Translations under genes and position numbers: made by a program | Part shown: one piece after another, positions 17,929-26,814 of the stretch | Position numbering within the stretch: position 1 is the first letter of the stretch | Layout: the number at the start of each line of letters is the position of its first letter | Notes under the pieces: generated by a model | Database searches by the model: none | What the model was told of the DNA's origin: nothing | Seen by the model: the letters and a program-made list of their open reading frames with translations, nothing else | IMG/VR virus record: IMGVR_UViG_3300031416_000004 | DNA length: 64,000 nt | Origin: an uncultured virus (IMG/VR IMGVR_UViG_3300031416_000004) | Taxonomy: Duplodnaviria > Heunggongvirae > Uroviricota > Caudoviricetes | Reading direction: 5' to 3' (one strand)

Positions 17929-18489
17929 ATGGGTCGCAAGCCGGGAAACAGAGCTAAAGCAATAGCCAAGGGCTTGCCCACATACACGGGTGGCGCATGC
18001 CGTGAGTGCGGTCACCACATGAGACGGACGGCAGATAAGCACTGCATGCATTGCCTTGAATTGGACGACGGACGCACCAACACGCAAGCCGCTAGAACGT
18101 GGCCTCACTACAAGGCACGGCGTGCCGCCTATGAGCGTATTCGTCGAGCTATGCGGAAAGTCCGTAATGCGCCCTTGTCGATCTATCTGAGATCGTTCCA
18201 GGCCATAGAGATCAATCAACCACGAAAGGACAAAACCATGGTTGCAGCATGCCTACACAAGGCCACGGCTAAGAAGGCTGGCCGCAAGACCTATGAAGCG
18301 CCATACGCCTGCAGTGAGTGCGACACAATGCGCAGATACACGCACAGCGGCAATTGCGTTGAATGCGCCCGTCGAGCGGCAAGCGAGTATCGCAAGACTC
18401 CTGCAGCGCAAGAGGCAAACCGTGAACGGCAAGCCCGTTTCAGGGCGCGTCAACTGGCAAAGAAAATCGGCCTCCTGGATGACATTTAA
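17929..18489 (+). CDS. Double zinc-ribbon protein
   Basis: Two A.K.G..TY...C..C....R.T....C..C repeats. Confidence 0.7.
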   Translation: MGRKPGNRAKAIAKGLPTYTGGACRECGHHMRRTADKHCMHCLELDDGRTNTQAARTWPHYKARRAAYERIRRAMRKVRNAPLSIYLRSFQAIEINQPRKDKTMVAACLHKATAKKAGRKTYEAPYACSECDTMRRYTHSGNCVECARRAASEYRKTPAAQEANRERQARFRARQLAKKIGLLDDI

Positions 18490-18497
18490 CGTGATTT

Positions 18498-18542
18498 AAT
18501 AATCAACAAACGGTTGACTAATGCGTAACGCTGTGAGATAAC
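18498..18542 (+). promoter_or_regulatory. Sigma70-type early promoter with overlapping operator (copy 1)
   Basis: TTGACT-N17-GATAAC; near-identical to 20245-20289. Confidence 0.75.
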
Positions 18543-18569
18543 AGACTCATCGAAACGGAGACCACGGCA

Positions 18570-18779
18570 ATGACAGAGACACTTATTGAAACCGCCCGCG
18601 CAATCCTTGTCACGGTCTTCTTTATTGTCGTTATGCCCGCGCTGGCCTTCGGTGGCTTCGGCCTCATGATGCACGGCGTCAACATTGCATCCGATGCGGT
18701 TTGCATGGCCGGTCTCTTTGGAATGCCTATCGGCTGGATTGCTCTTTATTTCAGCTTGAAGTCTGACGCCATCCTTTAA
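18570..18779 (+). CDS. Small membrane protein
   Basis: GGAG RBS; two hydrophobic helices. Confidence 0.65.
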   Translation: MTETLIETARAILVTVFFIVVMPALAFGGFGLMMHGVNIASDAVCMAGLFGMPIGWIALYFSLKSDAIL

Positions 18780-18790
18780 GGAACACGCAA

Positions 18791-19018
18791 ATGAACCTCG
18801 AAACCGCCGCACTCATTGCCCGCATGCAAGCCCGCCCTAACACGTTGCGCGTTCTGACAACGTTCGCCAATGGCGCCACGCGTCACCATGACGTTGCCAC
18901 CATGGGGCAGGCTGAAAACTACGCCACGGGCGAACGTCGCAAGATTGGCCGCAATCTCGTTAACAGGGAAACAGGCGCAAGCGTGCGCGTGGTCTCCGTC
19001 GACATTCTGCCGCTCTAA
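18791..19018 (+). CDS. Early hypothetical protein
   Basis: AAGGA RBS. Confidence 0.7.
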   Translation: MNLETAALIARMQARPNTLRVLTTFANGATRHHDVATMGQAENYATGERRKIGRNLVNRETGASVRVVSVDILPL

Positions 19019-19044
19019 TAATCAACCTTTTAGGGATTATCACC

Positions 19045-19392
19045 ATGACAAACTACAAACCCCGCAAATGCTCTAAGCGCTGGCTTGACGGCGACTGCCC
19101 TGCAGGCATTCTCGCCATTCTTGATAACAAAGGGCAGTCTGCCGACCGATATACGGTTATCTACGCTGAGCCTATCAGCGGCACGACTTTCGCCAATATG
19201 TGGCTAGGATATCGTGCCATGTCTGAAAACCCGTTCCACCCGCAAGGCGTGGGCATGTACGGCGAGTTTCGGGCTTACGAATGCGCCGCATATCGGTATC
19301 GCTGCAAGCATCAATACGCCACATGGTCCAGCCTGCCGGAAAAGGTGAAGGAATGTGTGCGTCAAGACCTTGCCGAAACAATCGCGGCCTAA
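19045..19392 (+). CDS. Early hypothetical protein
   Basis: Operator/RBS upstream; DRYTVIY...PFHPQGVG. Confidence 0.75.
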   Translation: MTNYKPRKCSKRWLDGDCPAGILAILDNKGQSADRYTVIYAEPISGTTFANMWLGYRAMSENPFHPQGVGMYGEFRAYECAAYRYRCKHQYATWSSLPEKVKECVRQDLAETIAA

Positions 19393-19420
19393 TAATCAAC
19401 CTTTTGTGGAGTCTATCGTC

Positions 19421-19690
19421 ATGACGCATATCAGTCCTGAAATTCGCGACCATATCACGGGCACGGCACGCGGGTTTGCCGCCCTTGGATTGCTTGCCGG
19501 TATCGGCATGGCGGCAATGCTGCCGGTCGTTCTGCCGCTTGAACGTGACCGCACATATGACCTTGTGCAAGTGTCCCCAGAAGGCGAGTCCGATATCGTC
19601 GATTATAATCTGAGCGCTACCGATTGCGGGTTTATGAAAGACCGCCTGCAGCGTGTCGGTTATGACGTGCTGTGCGAACGCACGCGCTAA
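19421..19690 (+). CDS. Early membrane-anchored protein
   Basis: Operator/RBS upstream; one TM helix. Confidence 0.65.
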   Translation: MTHISPEIRDHITGTARGFAALGLLAGIGMAAMLPVVLPLERDRTYDLVQVSPEGESDIVDYNLSATDCGFMKDRLQRVGYDVLCERTR

Positions 19691-19716
19691 CAATCAACCA
19701 TTTGGGGATTAAGCCA

Positions 19717-20235
19717 ATGTTCAATGAGATCGTTCTGCATAACTTCGCCGCACCTCTTGCCAGCCGCAAGCGCACCTTTACCGCACCTCTTGCCAGCCGC
19801 AAGCGCACCTTTACCGGTCCATACCGCTGGAAACCGTCCGTAAAGGCCGAAGGGCGCGGATTCTATTGCCAGCATGACACACGGGAAATCCGTTGTGCTG
19901 ATCATGGCGCGGGCTTTGACTTGCGCCTGGAAAGCGCCAATGAGCATTTGCCAAGCTATTCGCGCTTGCGGCACATTGACGGCTATTTCTGCGACAATGA
20001 CGGTTGCGGAGACACCCTGCAGCCAATTATTGCCCGCTTGCCACGGGGTCGCGGTTTCCTTGCCGGTTGGACCATGGGCGCGGGTATGTGTGCCTCAATC
20101 GATTTCACGATCTATGATGAGGCTGCCGACGCGGCGCGGGCTGCCCACGACATGGCGGAGTCCGACGCTGAGAAAAGCAGGGAACAAGACGCGGCTGATA
20201 TGGCCGAATATGACGAGTACGAAATAGGCGGCTAA
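19717..20235 (+). CDS. Early hypothetical protein
   Basis: Operator/RBS upstream; contains a 33-bp tandem duplication. Confidence 0.7.
   Translation: MFNEIVLHNFAAPLASRKRTFTAPLASRKRTFTGPYRWKPSVKAEGRGFYCQHDTREIRCADHGAGFDLRLESANEHLPSYSRLRHIDGYFCDNDGCGDTLQPIIARLPRGRGFLAGWTMGAGMCASIDFTIYDEAADAARAAHDMAESDAEKSREQDAADMAEYDEYEIGG
19748..19813 (+). repeat. Perfect 33-bp tandem duplication
   Basis: CCGCACCTCTTGCCAGCCGCAAGCGCACCTTTA x2, in frame. Confidence 0.95.
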
Positions 20236-20244
20236 TCGTCACTC

Positions 20245-20289
20245 AATAATCAACAAACGGTTGACTACCACGTAACGCTGTGAGATAAC
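20245..20289 (+). promoter_or_regulatory. Sigma70-type early promoter with overlapping operator (copy 2)
   Basis: AATCAACAAACGGTTGACT...CGTAACGCTGTGAGATAAC. Confidence 0.75.
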
Positions 20290-20341
20290 CGGAACAACGA
20301 AACAAGAGCGCAACGCGCTGTCATACTGAGGAGTCAAGGGA

Positions 20342-20746
20342 ATGCAGACTGTAACGAAATTCCGCCCCGAGACGGACCGCCGCAATATCGAAAGCTATCG
20401 CAAGGAACGCTCTTTCTACAAGGCGATATCGCTAATTGACCTGGATAAGGGACAAGAGGTTGCCAGCGTCCGGTTTTATGGTCCCGCGTCTACCGTCTAT
20501 TGCGTGGCGTGGCTTTTCGTCGATGGATACGCCGACAATCTCACAAGCGCACGCGGATATGGTAAGGCTAGCGGCGGCGGATATCACAAGGAAAGCGCCG
20601 CCATGTCTGAGGCACTGCAGGCGGCTGGCGTCCGATTGGCAGAACCAATTGAAGGGCGCGGCGATGGCGTCATGCGGGAAGCCCTGCAGGCATTGGCCGC
20701 ACATTTGGGGATTGCCCGCCCTTACATCCACCATGCCCACGCCTAA
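20342..20746 (+). CDS. Early hypothetical protein
   Basis: GAGGAG RBS; GYGKASGGGYHKESAA. Confidence 0.75.
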   Translation: MQTVTKFRPETDRRNIESYRKERSFYKAISLIDLDKGQEVASVRFYGPASTVYCVAWLFVDGYADNLTSARGYGKASGGGYHKESAAMSEALQAAGVRLAEPIEGRGDGVMREALQALAAHLGIARPYIHHAHA

Positions 20747-20774
20747 CAAATCAACCTTTTGGGGATTAATCACT

Positions 20775-21233
20775 ATGACAAGCACTCTTGAAGCAATGCA
20801 CGCCGATAGACCCGTTTCCGGTCACAGCGCTGAATGGCAGTTTTTCCGCTCCTATGTCGGCACGGCGCTATGGTCTAGCAATGACGAGTCGGACGAAAGC
20901 GGCGGCGAACCGCTAGACGCAAATTTCGATATTAGCGATCTGGCCCCCGCCACGCTCGAATCCATGCTTGCCGATTGCGCCCGTTTCTATGACGCAAACA
21001 AAGAGTATATCCATTGCGACGGCGCGCCGCTTTCCCGCGATTTTGAAGGCTCAATCGCAGCACGGGAAGCCGCCATGGCAGGCCACGATTTTTGGCTAAC
21101 CCGTTGCGGCCATGGTGCGGGCTTTTGGGATGGTGATTGGCCGGAACCGGCTGCAAGCGCGCTCACTGAGGCAAGCAAGGAATTCGGCAATGTGGATTTG
21201 TGTGTCGGCGATGACGGGCAGATTTACGCCTGA
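20775..21233 (+). CDS. Early acidic hypothetical protein
   Basis: Operator/RBS upstream; GHDFWLTRCGHGAGFWDGDW. Confidence 0.75.
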   Translation: MTSTLEAMHADRPVSGHSAEWQFFRSYVGTALWSSNDESDESGGEPLDANFDISDLAPATLESMLADCARFYDANKEYIHCDGAPLSRDFEGSIAAREAAMAGHDFWLTRCGHGAGFWDGDWPEPAASALTEASKEFGNVDLCVGDDGQIYA

Positions 21234-21261
21234 ATAGGCAACCAAAAGGGGATTTATCAAC

Positions 21262-21528
21262 ATGCGAAAATATATGATAAAGCGTTTTGCGGTGTGCGTG
21301 CATTCCTACTCGCTGGAAAGCGGGCAAGTTGGTGCCGACGAACGGCAGGAATACGTTTCAGAGCACAAGAGCCTTGCCGCCGCGTGCCGTCGCCTAGGAT
21401 CCCTTATCAGCGGCAAGCGGCAGCGCGTCGGACGCGTAACAAGGCGCGGTGCCAAACTCAGAATATGGGATGACAAAACGGCCGAATGGCTGTCGCTCAA
21501 TGCGGCACGCGCAAGGCTGACCATGTGA
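21262..21528 (+). CDS. Early basic hypothetical protein
   Basis: Operator/RBS upstream. Confidence 0.6.
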   Translation: MRKYMIKRFAVCVHSYSLESGQVGADERQEYVSEHKSLAAACRRLGSLISGKRQRVGRVTRRGAKLRIWDDKTAEWLSLNAARARLTM

Positions 21529-21587
21529 CGTTTGGTTAGGCGCGTTCCACGGCGCGCCCTTCCTAACTTCACACGGGAGTCAGTGAT

Positions 21588-21818
21588 ATGGCCTTGCCAT
21601 GGTCGGATATGAAAATTGCCTTTCCTTGCAGCAATTCGGAACGCCTTTGGCGCGCCGTAGAAAATGGGAAATGCGCCTTTCCGTCGAATTGGGAATTGGT
21701 TGAAACCGATTGTTCGGGCGCCCGTTGCGTTGCGATATTCCGAGTCCGCTTGACAGGTGAATCGCTTGTTATCCAAGGCCGGGAAGTTGCGGCACAAATT
21801 AGACGTTGGGGGCGATAA
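21588..21818 (+). CDS. Hypothetical protein
   Basis: GGGAG RBS; TAATG-coupled to next gene. Confidence 0.55.
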   Translation: MALPWSDMKIAFPCSNSERLWRAVENGKCAFPSNWELVETDCSGARCVAIFRVRLTGESLVIQGREVAAQIRRWGR

Positions 21819-23062
21819 TGACCCACGCCATGCTCAACACGAAAACCGGAATCCCGCTCAATAAGGCGAACCGGCACGGCCTCATTACCGGCCAGACTGG
21901 CACGGGCAAAACAGTATCGCTGCAACGCCTCACTGAGCAATTCAGCAAGGCGGGCGTTCCGGTTTTTGTCTCTGACGTGAAAGGCGACATTGCCGCTCTT
22001 TCGAGATCCTGCCCTACTCAGTTTCTTGACGTTTTCGGGCAAACCGGCAAGCCGCTAACTGTCTCAATCGCTTCTATGGGTGCGGAGCTCATGAGCCGCG
22101 CCCTGGAATTGACGGACACTCAATCGGGCGTACTCGAAATAGCGTTTGCCTATGCCCACGATAGCGGCGCACCACTGGCGACGATTGCCGACATGCGCAA
22201 TCTGCTAAGCGCCATGGCCGAAGATTCGGACTATGTAAATCGGCAATACGGGCAAGTCAGTAAAGCATCGATCGCGGTTATCATGCGCGGCCTTTTGCGT
22301 ATCGAGCAACAAGGCGGCAACCGGTTTTTCGGCAATGCACAATTCGACGTGGCGCGCCTCTTGCCTGAAGCATCCTCCGATTTAAGCACGTCACCATTTG
22401 AGGGCCAATTCGTTGCGCCTGTTTCCATTCTGCAGGCCGAACGCCTCATTAACTCGCCACGGGTTTATGCTGCCTTCCTGCTATGGCTCCTAACTGAGCT
22501 ATGGGACCGCCTGCCGGAAATTGGCGATATGGATAAGCCGCGACTCGTCATGTTTTTTGATGAAGCGCACTTACTTTTCAGTGAGATTAACCCCGCCCTG
22601 TTACGGCGTATCGAGCAAACCGTGCGTCTTATCCGCTCCAAGGGCGTGGGCGTCTATTTCGTCACGCAATCCCCTGATGACGTGCCACACGCAATTCGTG
22701 AACAACTGGCGTTCCAGGTGGTGCATGATCGCGCCTATCGTATCGGGCAAGCACACGTTTCCGGCCTCACACAAGACGGCAGGCCGGTTAATCATGGCCT
22801 GGTTCAAATCGACTTGCCGGAATGCCCGCTAGGCGCGTTGACGGACGACGAGAAACCCGCCGCGCCGGTCACGGTTGAACCCATGGCGGAAAAACCGCAA
22901 TGGGCGCGCATGGGCAAGCCTGAGATTGCGCTATTGCTGGCGATCCTGATAGCAGGCGGCTTTGTGTCCTATGGGCTTGTGTGGGCATGGGCGGCCGGTA
23001 CAATCGGCAAGCTTGCAGCAATTGGCTTTGCCGTGGCAGTCGCTGGCGTTTTGAGAGGGTAA
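21818..23062 (+). CDS. HerA/FtsK-like ATPase (DUF853/YjgR-like) with C-terminal TM helices
   Basis: NRHGLITGQTGTGKT, SDVKGD, FFDEAHLLF, RLIRSKGVGVYFVTQ. Confidence 0.85.
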   Translation: MTHAMLNTKTGIPLNKANRHGLITGQTGTGKTVSLQRLTEQFSKAGVPVFVSDVKGDIAALSRSCPTQFLDVFGQTGKPLTVSIASMGAELMSRALELTDTQSGVLEIAFAYAHDSGAPLATIADMRNLLSAMAEDSDYVNRQYGQVSKASIAVIMRGLLRIEQQGGNRFFGNAQFDVARLLPEASSDLSTSPFEGQFVAPVSILQAERLINSPRVYAAFLLWLLTELWDRLPEIGDMDKPRLVMFFDEAHLLFSEINPALLRRIEQTVRLIRSKGVGVYFVTQSPDDVPHAIREQLAFQVVHDRAYRIGQAHVSGLTQDGRPVNHGLVQIDLPECPLGALTDDEKPAAPVTVEPMAEKPQWARMGKPEIALLLAILIAGGFVSYGLVWAWAAGTIGKLAAIGFAVAVAGVLRG

Positions 23063-23067
23063 GGGAA

Positions 23068-23250
23068 ATGACAAAAACTGTTTCGGAAAAACTGGCAATA
23101 GCGATGCAAGCGCTTATGGATATATCGGCTATCGGCAAGATGGATGCTGTCAGCATTCACGATATGCAGGTGCAACGATATTCAAAGAAAGCTGTTGATT
23201 TGGCTGATAAGGCAATCCATGCGCTAGGGGAGTCACTTGACGATATCTAA
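23068..23250 (+). CDS. Hypothetical protein
   Basis: Last ORF before a terminator. Confidence 0.5.
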   Translation: MTKTVSEKLAIAMQALMDISAIGKMDAVSIHDMQVQRYSKKAVDLADKAIHALGESLDDI

Positions 23251-23273
23251 CGCCAATCACCTGCAGCACAATG

Positions 23274-23299
23274 GCCCGCCTTAGAGCGGGCTTTTTGTT
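23274..23299 (+). terminator. Intrinsic terminator
   Basis: GCCCGC-loop-GCGGGC-TTTTT; near copy of the 16464 terminator. Confidence 0.8.
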
Positions 23300-23306
23300 G
23301 TCCGGT

Positions 23307-23717
23307 CTATCGCTGCAATGCTGTCAACCGCCGCACAGCTGTATCGTTCTCTACACACGCTTGCGCCATTTCAAAATCCCCTGGATGAGCGGCACGGCAC
23401 GCCGTATGTGCTCGATACTCTTTTGCGAACAATCCATTTTTGTTGAGATGCTTATAGCGAACCTGATTTGAAACGTAACGTCGCACCACGGGCGTTTGCG
23501 TTTCTTCACAGTAGGCAATCATCGATGGATCGCCACGCCATTGGGACATGCAGTGTGCCCGCATTGCCGCCATAGCCACCTGCCGTTGTTGGTAGTCCTC
23601 AGAAAGTTGCGCCCGCAATTTAGGATCGCTGATAGATCCCGAAATATCCTTGTCAGTCGTGCCCGATTGGCAACCGGCCAAAAGCCCGACCGCGACCATC
23701 ATCAGAATTCGGTTCAT
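23307..23717 (-). CDS. Lipoprotein (moron-like)
   Basis: Signal peptide with LLAGC lipobox; GAGG RBS; opposite strand to neighbours. Confidence 0.75.
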   Translation of the reverse strand: MNRILMMVAVGLLAGCQSGTTDKDISGSISDPKLRAQLSEDYQQRQVAMAAMRAHCMSQWRGDPSMIAYCEETQTPVVRRYVSNQVRYKHLNKNGLFAKEYRAHTACRAAHPGDFEMAQACVENDTAVRRLTALQR

Positions 23718-24061
23718 GAACACCCCTCGCCAAAATTGCAATCGATGTTATCTGAACCATTGCCGGCCGGCGAGCCAGAAATTTCTTCACGACTTCATAG
23801 ATTCAAAATCATCCGCGGACCTGAAATTTCGAAAATAAATTCTGGCTACGAAACTTCCAAACGAAAACCCCGCACCGGGGAGTCAAGATCCGGTACGGGG
23901 TGAACAACGAGATATCCAGACGGCGGGTTACCTTCCGAGACAGGACCACCATACCAAAAACTCGATCAGACGCAACAACTGTTTGTGGATTTTGGATTGA
24001 CTTTATCAACAAAATGTTGATTATCGGGTCAACGGTGAAACAAACGGCTGAGGAGTCGGTA

Positions 24062-25435
24062 ATGAGCGAGTTGGGAATTTACGAGGGTTGCTATGTCGAG
24101 CTTAGGAACGGGGACGTGGTTGGTCCGCTGAACCAAGATCTCCCGTACTTCCGGAGAATCTGGAAACTCCAAGGCCAAAAGCGCTGGTGGAATTCGGACG
24201 GAACGCCTCACGGCACCGTAGACGAAGGCGTCAACATCATCCGCGTGATGCAGAAAGACTCAATCAAGTTGACCATGTCCAAGACCTATGGCGACTTCTC
24301 CAAACTCGGCAAAGCCGCCATCCCGCCCCACGTCACCAAGGCTGCCATGGTCGCCGGCATCAAGGCCGACCCTGCCTACGAGGAGTTCGTCAATGCGATC
24401 CTGACGGCCGCCTTCAAGGCGCAGTATGAGATCGAGTTCGTGCCGGTGGCTGAACAGGCGCCGATCGCTGTAACCGACGAATTGCTCGAACAGATGGCCA
24501 GCGTTTTCGGCGATAAGGGTTTTTACGAATGGAGCGATACGGCGCAGCAGAAACTTCGCGGAGCGGCGGAGTGCGCAGTGACATTCTTCGGCGGGAAACA
24601 GGTTCCCAAAAACGAATCTGAAAATAGGATTCCGGATTCCGAGAAACCCAAAGGGGGTCTGAGCGACTTCACACCGTTCTACGAACCAGGTTTGGCGGAA
24701 AAAGTCACCGACACCGCCCGTGAAGTTTTAAGATCGTTGTTGCCACTCGAAGGCGTGACCATCTGCTTCACCGGCAGCATGAAGATCCCTGTCGACAGCC
24801 ACAAAGGTATCGCTGAATCTCTCGGCGCCAAGGTTTCAGGCAGCGTTCATTCGAACACCACGCTGGTCGTCTTCGGAATTGGCGCCCAATCGAAACTCGA
24901 CAAGGCCACTGAACACGATTTGCCGCGCATGAGCGAGAGCGGGTGGCTGTGGATTGCCGCCCTGCTCGGATACGGTAAGTCGGAACATGTGAGCCCATAT
25001 GGGAAATTCAGCAAAGGTGGATCGAGCTCGACAATACCCGGAATAACCCTCAGAAGTTACATTGCCTGTGCGCTCGACGATTGGGCGAACAACCACAGCA
25101 AAATGCCTCGTGTCGAATATCTGGCAAGGGTCATGGAAAGTCTTATCTCTCGATATCTTAACCCCACAAATGAATCTGAAAATAGGATTCCCGATTCCGA
25201 AAAAGCCAAAGGGGGTCTAAGCGCCATCCCCGTCATACCGACGCTCCGCGAGATCCACGATCAGGTTCTGGCCGAAGTGACGGACTGGCGCGCCAAGTAT
25301 GGCCGTGAATCAATGCCGTCCACATACGCCATTGCACAAGCCTTTCACAGGATGCTCACGCCAACGGTTTCCGAAGAAACAAAAAATCCGTTCGACGCGC
25401 TCAAAACCATGGAATACAAATCAACAAAAGAGTGA
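24062..25435 (+). CDS. Mosaic protein containing a BRCT domain
   Basis: LEGVTICFTG...ESLGAKVSGSVHSNTTLVVFG...SKLDKA ligase-type BRCT; 18-aa repeat on both sides. Confidence 0.75.
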   Translation: MSELGIYEGCYVELRNGDVVGPLNQDLPYFRRIWKLQGQKRWWNSDGTPHGTVDEGVNIIRVMQKDSIKLTMSKTYGDFSKLGKAAIPPHVTKAAMVAGIKADPAYEEFVNAILTAAFKAQYEIEFVPVAEQAPIAVTDELLEQMASVFGDKGFYEWSDTAQQKLRGAAECAVTFFGGKQVPKNESENRIPDSEKPKGGLSDFTPFYEPGLAEKVTDTAREVLRSLLPLEGVTICFTGSMKIPVDSHKGIAESLGAKVSGSVHSNTTLVVFGIGAQSKLDKATEHDLPRMSESGWLWIAALLGYGKSEHVSPYGKFSKGGSSSTIPGITLRSYIACALDDWANNHSKMPRVEYLARVMESLISRYLNPTNESENRIPDSEKAKGGLSAIPVIPTLREIHDQVLAEVTDWRAKYGRESMPSTYAIAQAFHRMLTPTVSEETKNPFDALKTMEYKSTKE

Positions 25436-25785
25436 CTTTCATGTCGAGATTGTGCCCGCATTGCCAGAGACCGCTGAGTTCGAGCCTTCCGATGGACGTG
25501 ATCAACGAGCTCGATGCACTAGAATTGCAGCGAAAGCAGCGGGCGGTTCTTGACGCATTGGTCTCGTCATATCCCCGCTTTGTCACGGCGGCCGATCTGG
25601 AACAGTGGTTGTGGGAAGATGTCGGTGAGGCTGTCCCGCAGAGCTCCACCGCCATCTCAACCCACGTCTCGAAACTGAGGAAGAACCTTCGCAAGCTTGG
25701 CTTCGGGATCGAGACAAAACGGTTCTTCGGCAATCGGCTGACCTTAAAATCAACAAACGGTGGACAGCAATATGCTTCCCGATGA
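25432..25785 (+). CDS. Stand-alone OmpR/CtrA-type winged-helix regulator
   Basis: AISTHVSKLRKNL...IETKRFFG; N-terminal CPHC; no receiver domain. Confidence 0.75.
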   Translation: MTFMSRLCPHCQRPLSSSLPMDVINELDALELQRKQRAVLDALVSSYPRFVTAADLEQWLWEDVGEAVPQSSTAISTHVSKLRKNLRKLGFGIETKRFFGNRLTLKSTNGGQQYASR

Positions 25786-26038
25786 GATCGTCAAAGCCAG
25801 GGAACTCGACGAGGTGCCAGCCGGCTATCGTGGTCTCGGGCAATGCCTTCACGAGACGCATCGAGCTTACCTTTTTCAGTATTACGGCCACGAGGTCTGG
25901 ATTCCGAAAAAGGTGCTCGTGAAGGCGGAAGGTGGGTTTTGGGCGCCAGCGTGGTCGATCGAGAGCAGCAAGAAACATCAATCAGGATCAATGGTGGACT
26001 ATGACAAACAGAGACGAAATTCCAGAAGACGTGATTGA
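25772..26038 (+). CDS. Hypothetical protein
   Basis: ETHRAYL...EVWIPK; operator/RBS upstream. Confidence 0.6.
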   Translation: MLPDEIVKARELDEVPAGYRGLGQCLHETHRAYLFQYYGHEVWIPKKVLVKAEGGFWAPAWSIESSKKHQSGSMVDYDKQRRNSRRRD

Positions 26039-26585
26039 AGCCGCCCGCGTGCTGAATATGCGTCTGCACAGCGCAACAGAGCTTGGCCAGAAAACGCAAT
26101 GGATCGCTGAAGCCTTGATGGAAGCACGCAAAGCCGCCCTGTGCGCTGCGGAGCAGGTGAAGCCCTACGGCTATGTCTACGAAAGCACAGTGAGGTATTG
26201 CGATGGGCGGGGGACACATCGCAAAGTGGACTTCTCCTGCACCAAAAAGAACATTTCCGACGATGATATCGAAGAATTCGAAATCTCGGAAACCGCCCTT
26301 TACGACCGCCCGCAGCAACCCACGCCATCCGTCGCCGTGAAGGCAATAAGCGAAGAGTGGTTTAACCCTGCGAACGCTGTATTCCGTAAACCTATGGCCG
26401 ATGACGCCCTCTCCGCAAAGGTGCAGGACGTGGCGGTCGCAGAGATCGTCTCGAAACACGGCGACCCGGAAGCTTTTGGAGAACGCGAATTGGTCGCGCT
26501 GGTTGATATCCAGAAGTTTCCGTACCGCACCAAGCTTTATGCGGCGGCCGCAGCACCCTCAAAGCAGGAAACACCTAGTGAGTGA
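26001..26585 (+). CDS. Hypothetical protein
   Basis: GGTGGA RBS; in operon. Confidence 0.6.
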   Translation: MTNRDEIPEDVIEAARVLNMRLHSATELGQKTQWIAEALMEARKAALCAAEQVKPYGYVYESTVRYCDGRGTHRKVDFSCTKKNISDDDIEEFEISETALYDRPQQPTPSVAVKAISEEWFNPANAVFRKPMADDALSAKVQDVAVAEIVSKHGDPEAFGERELVALVDIQKFPYRTKLYAAAAAPSKQETPSE

Positions 26586-26814
26586 ATTCCAGCGGCGCCG
26601 ACGCCGGATGAATGCAGTCTACCGAAAAGGAATCTACGAGGGTTATCAGCTTGCCCTCGTAGCCGCAGAGCGTGAAGCCCGCATGTGCGCTCTGTCGTGG
26701 GATGGTACTGCCGCCATCAGTGCCGGCGTGGTCGCAGATCAGATCGCGAAACTGGAAGTGTCTGAAGATGCTGTGGACCAAAAGGTTATGCAACGAGAGG
26801 ATTCAGACACCTAG
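26578..26814 (+). CDS. Hypothetical protein
   Basis: GTG start overlapping upstream stop. Confidence 0.5.
   Translation: MSEFQRRRRRMNAVYRKGIYEGYQLALVAAEREARMCALSWDGTAAISAGVVADQIAKLEVSEDAVDQKVMQREDSDT

Noticed and set aside
18486..18499. CtrA box upstream of the early promoter
   Set aside because: TTAA-N6-TTAA; canonical spacing is N7
18498..21260. CRISPR-like array formed by the recurring AATCAAC repeats
   Set aside because: Repeats are degenerate 17-mers spaced by whole genes of unequal length; no cas operon
17700..23300. Distinct composition or restriction-site avoidance in the early region
   Set aside because: Only an impression by eye; needs k-mer counts that were not run
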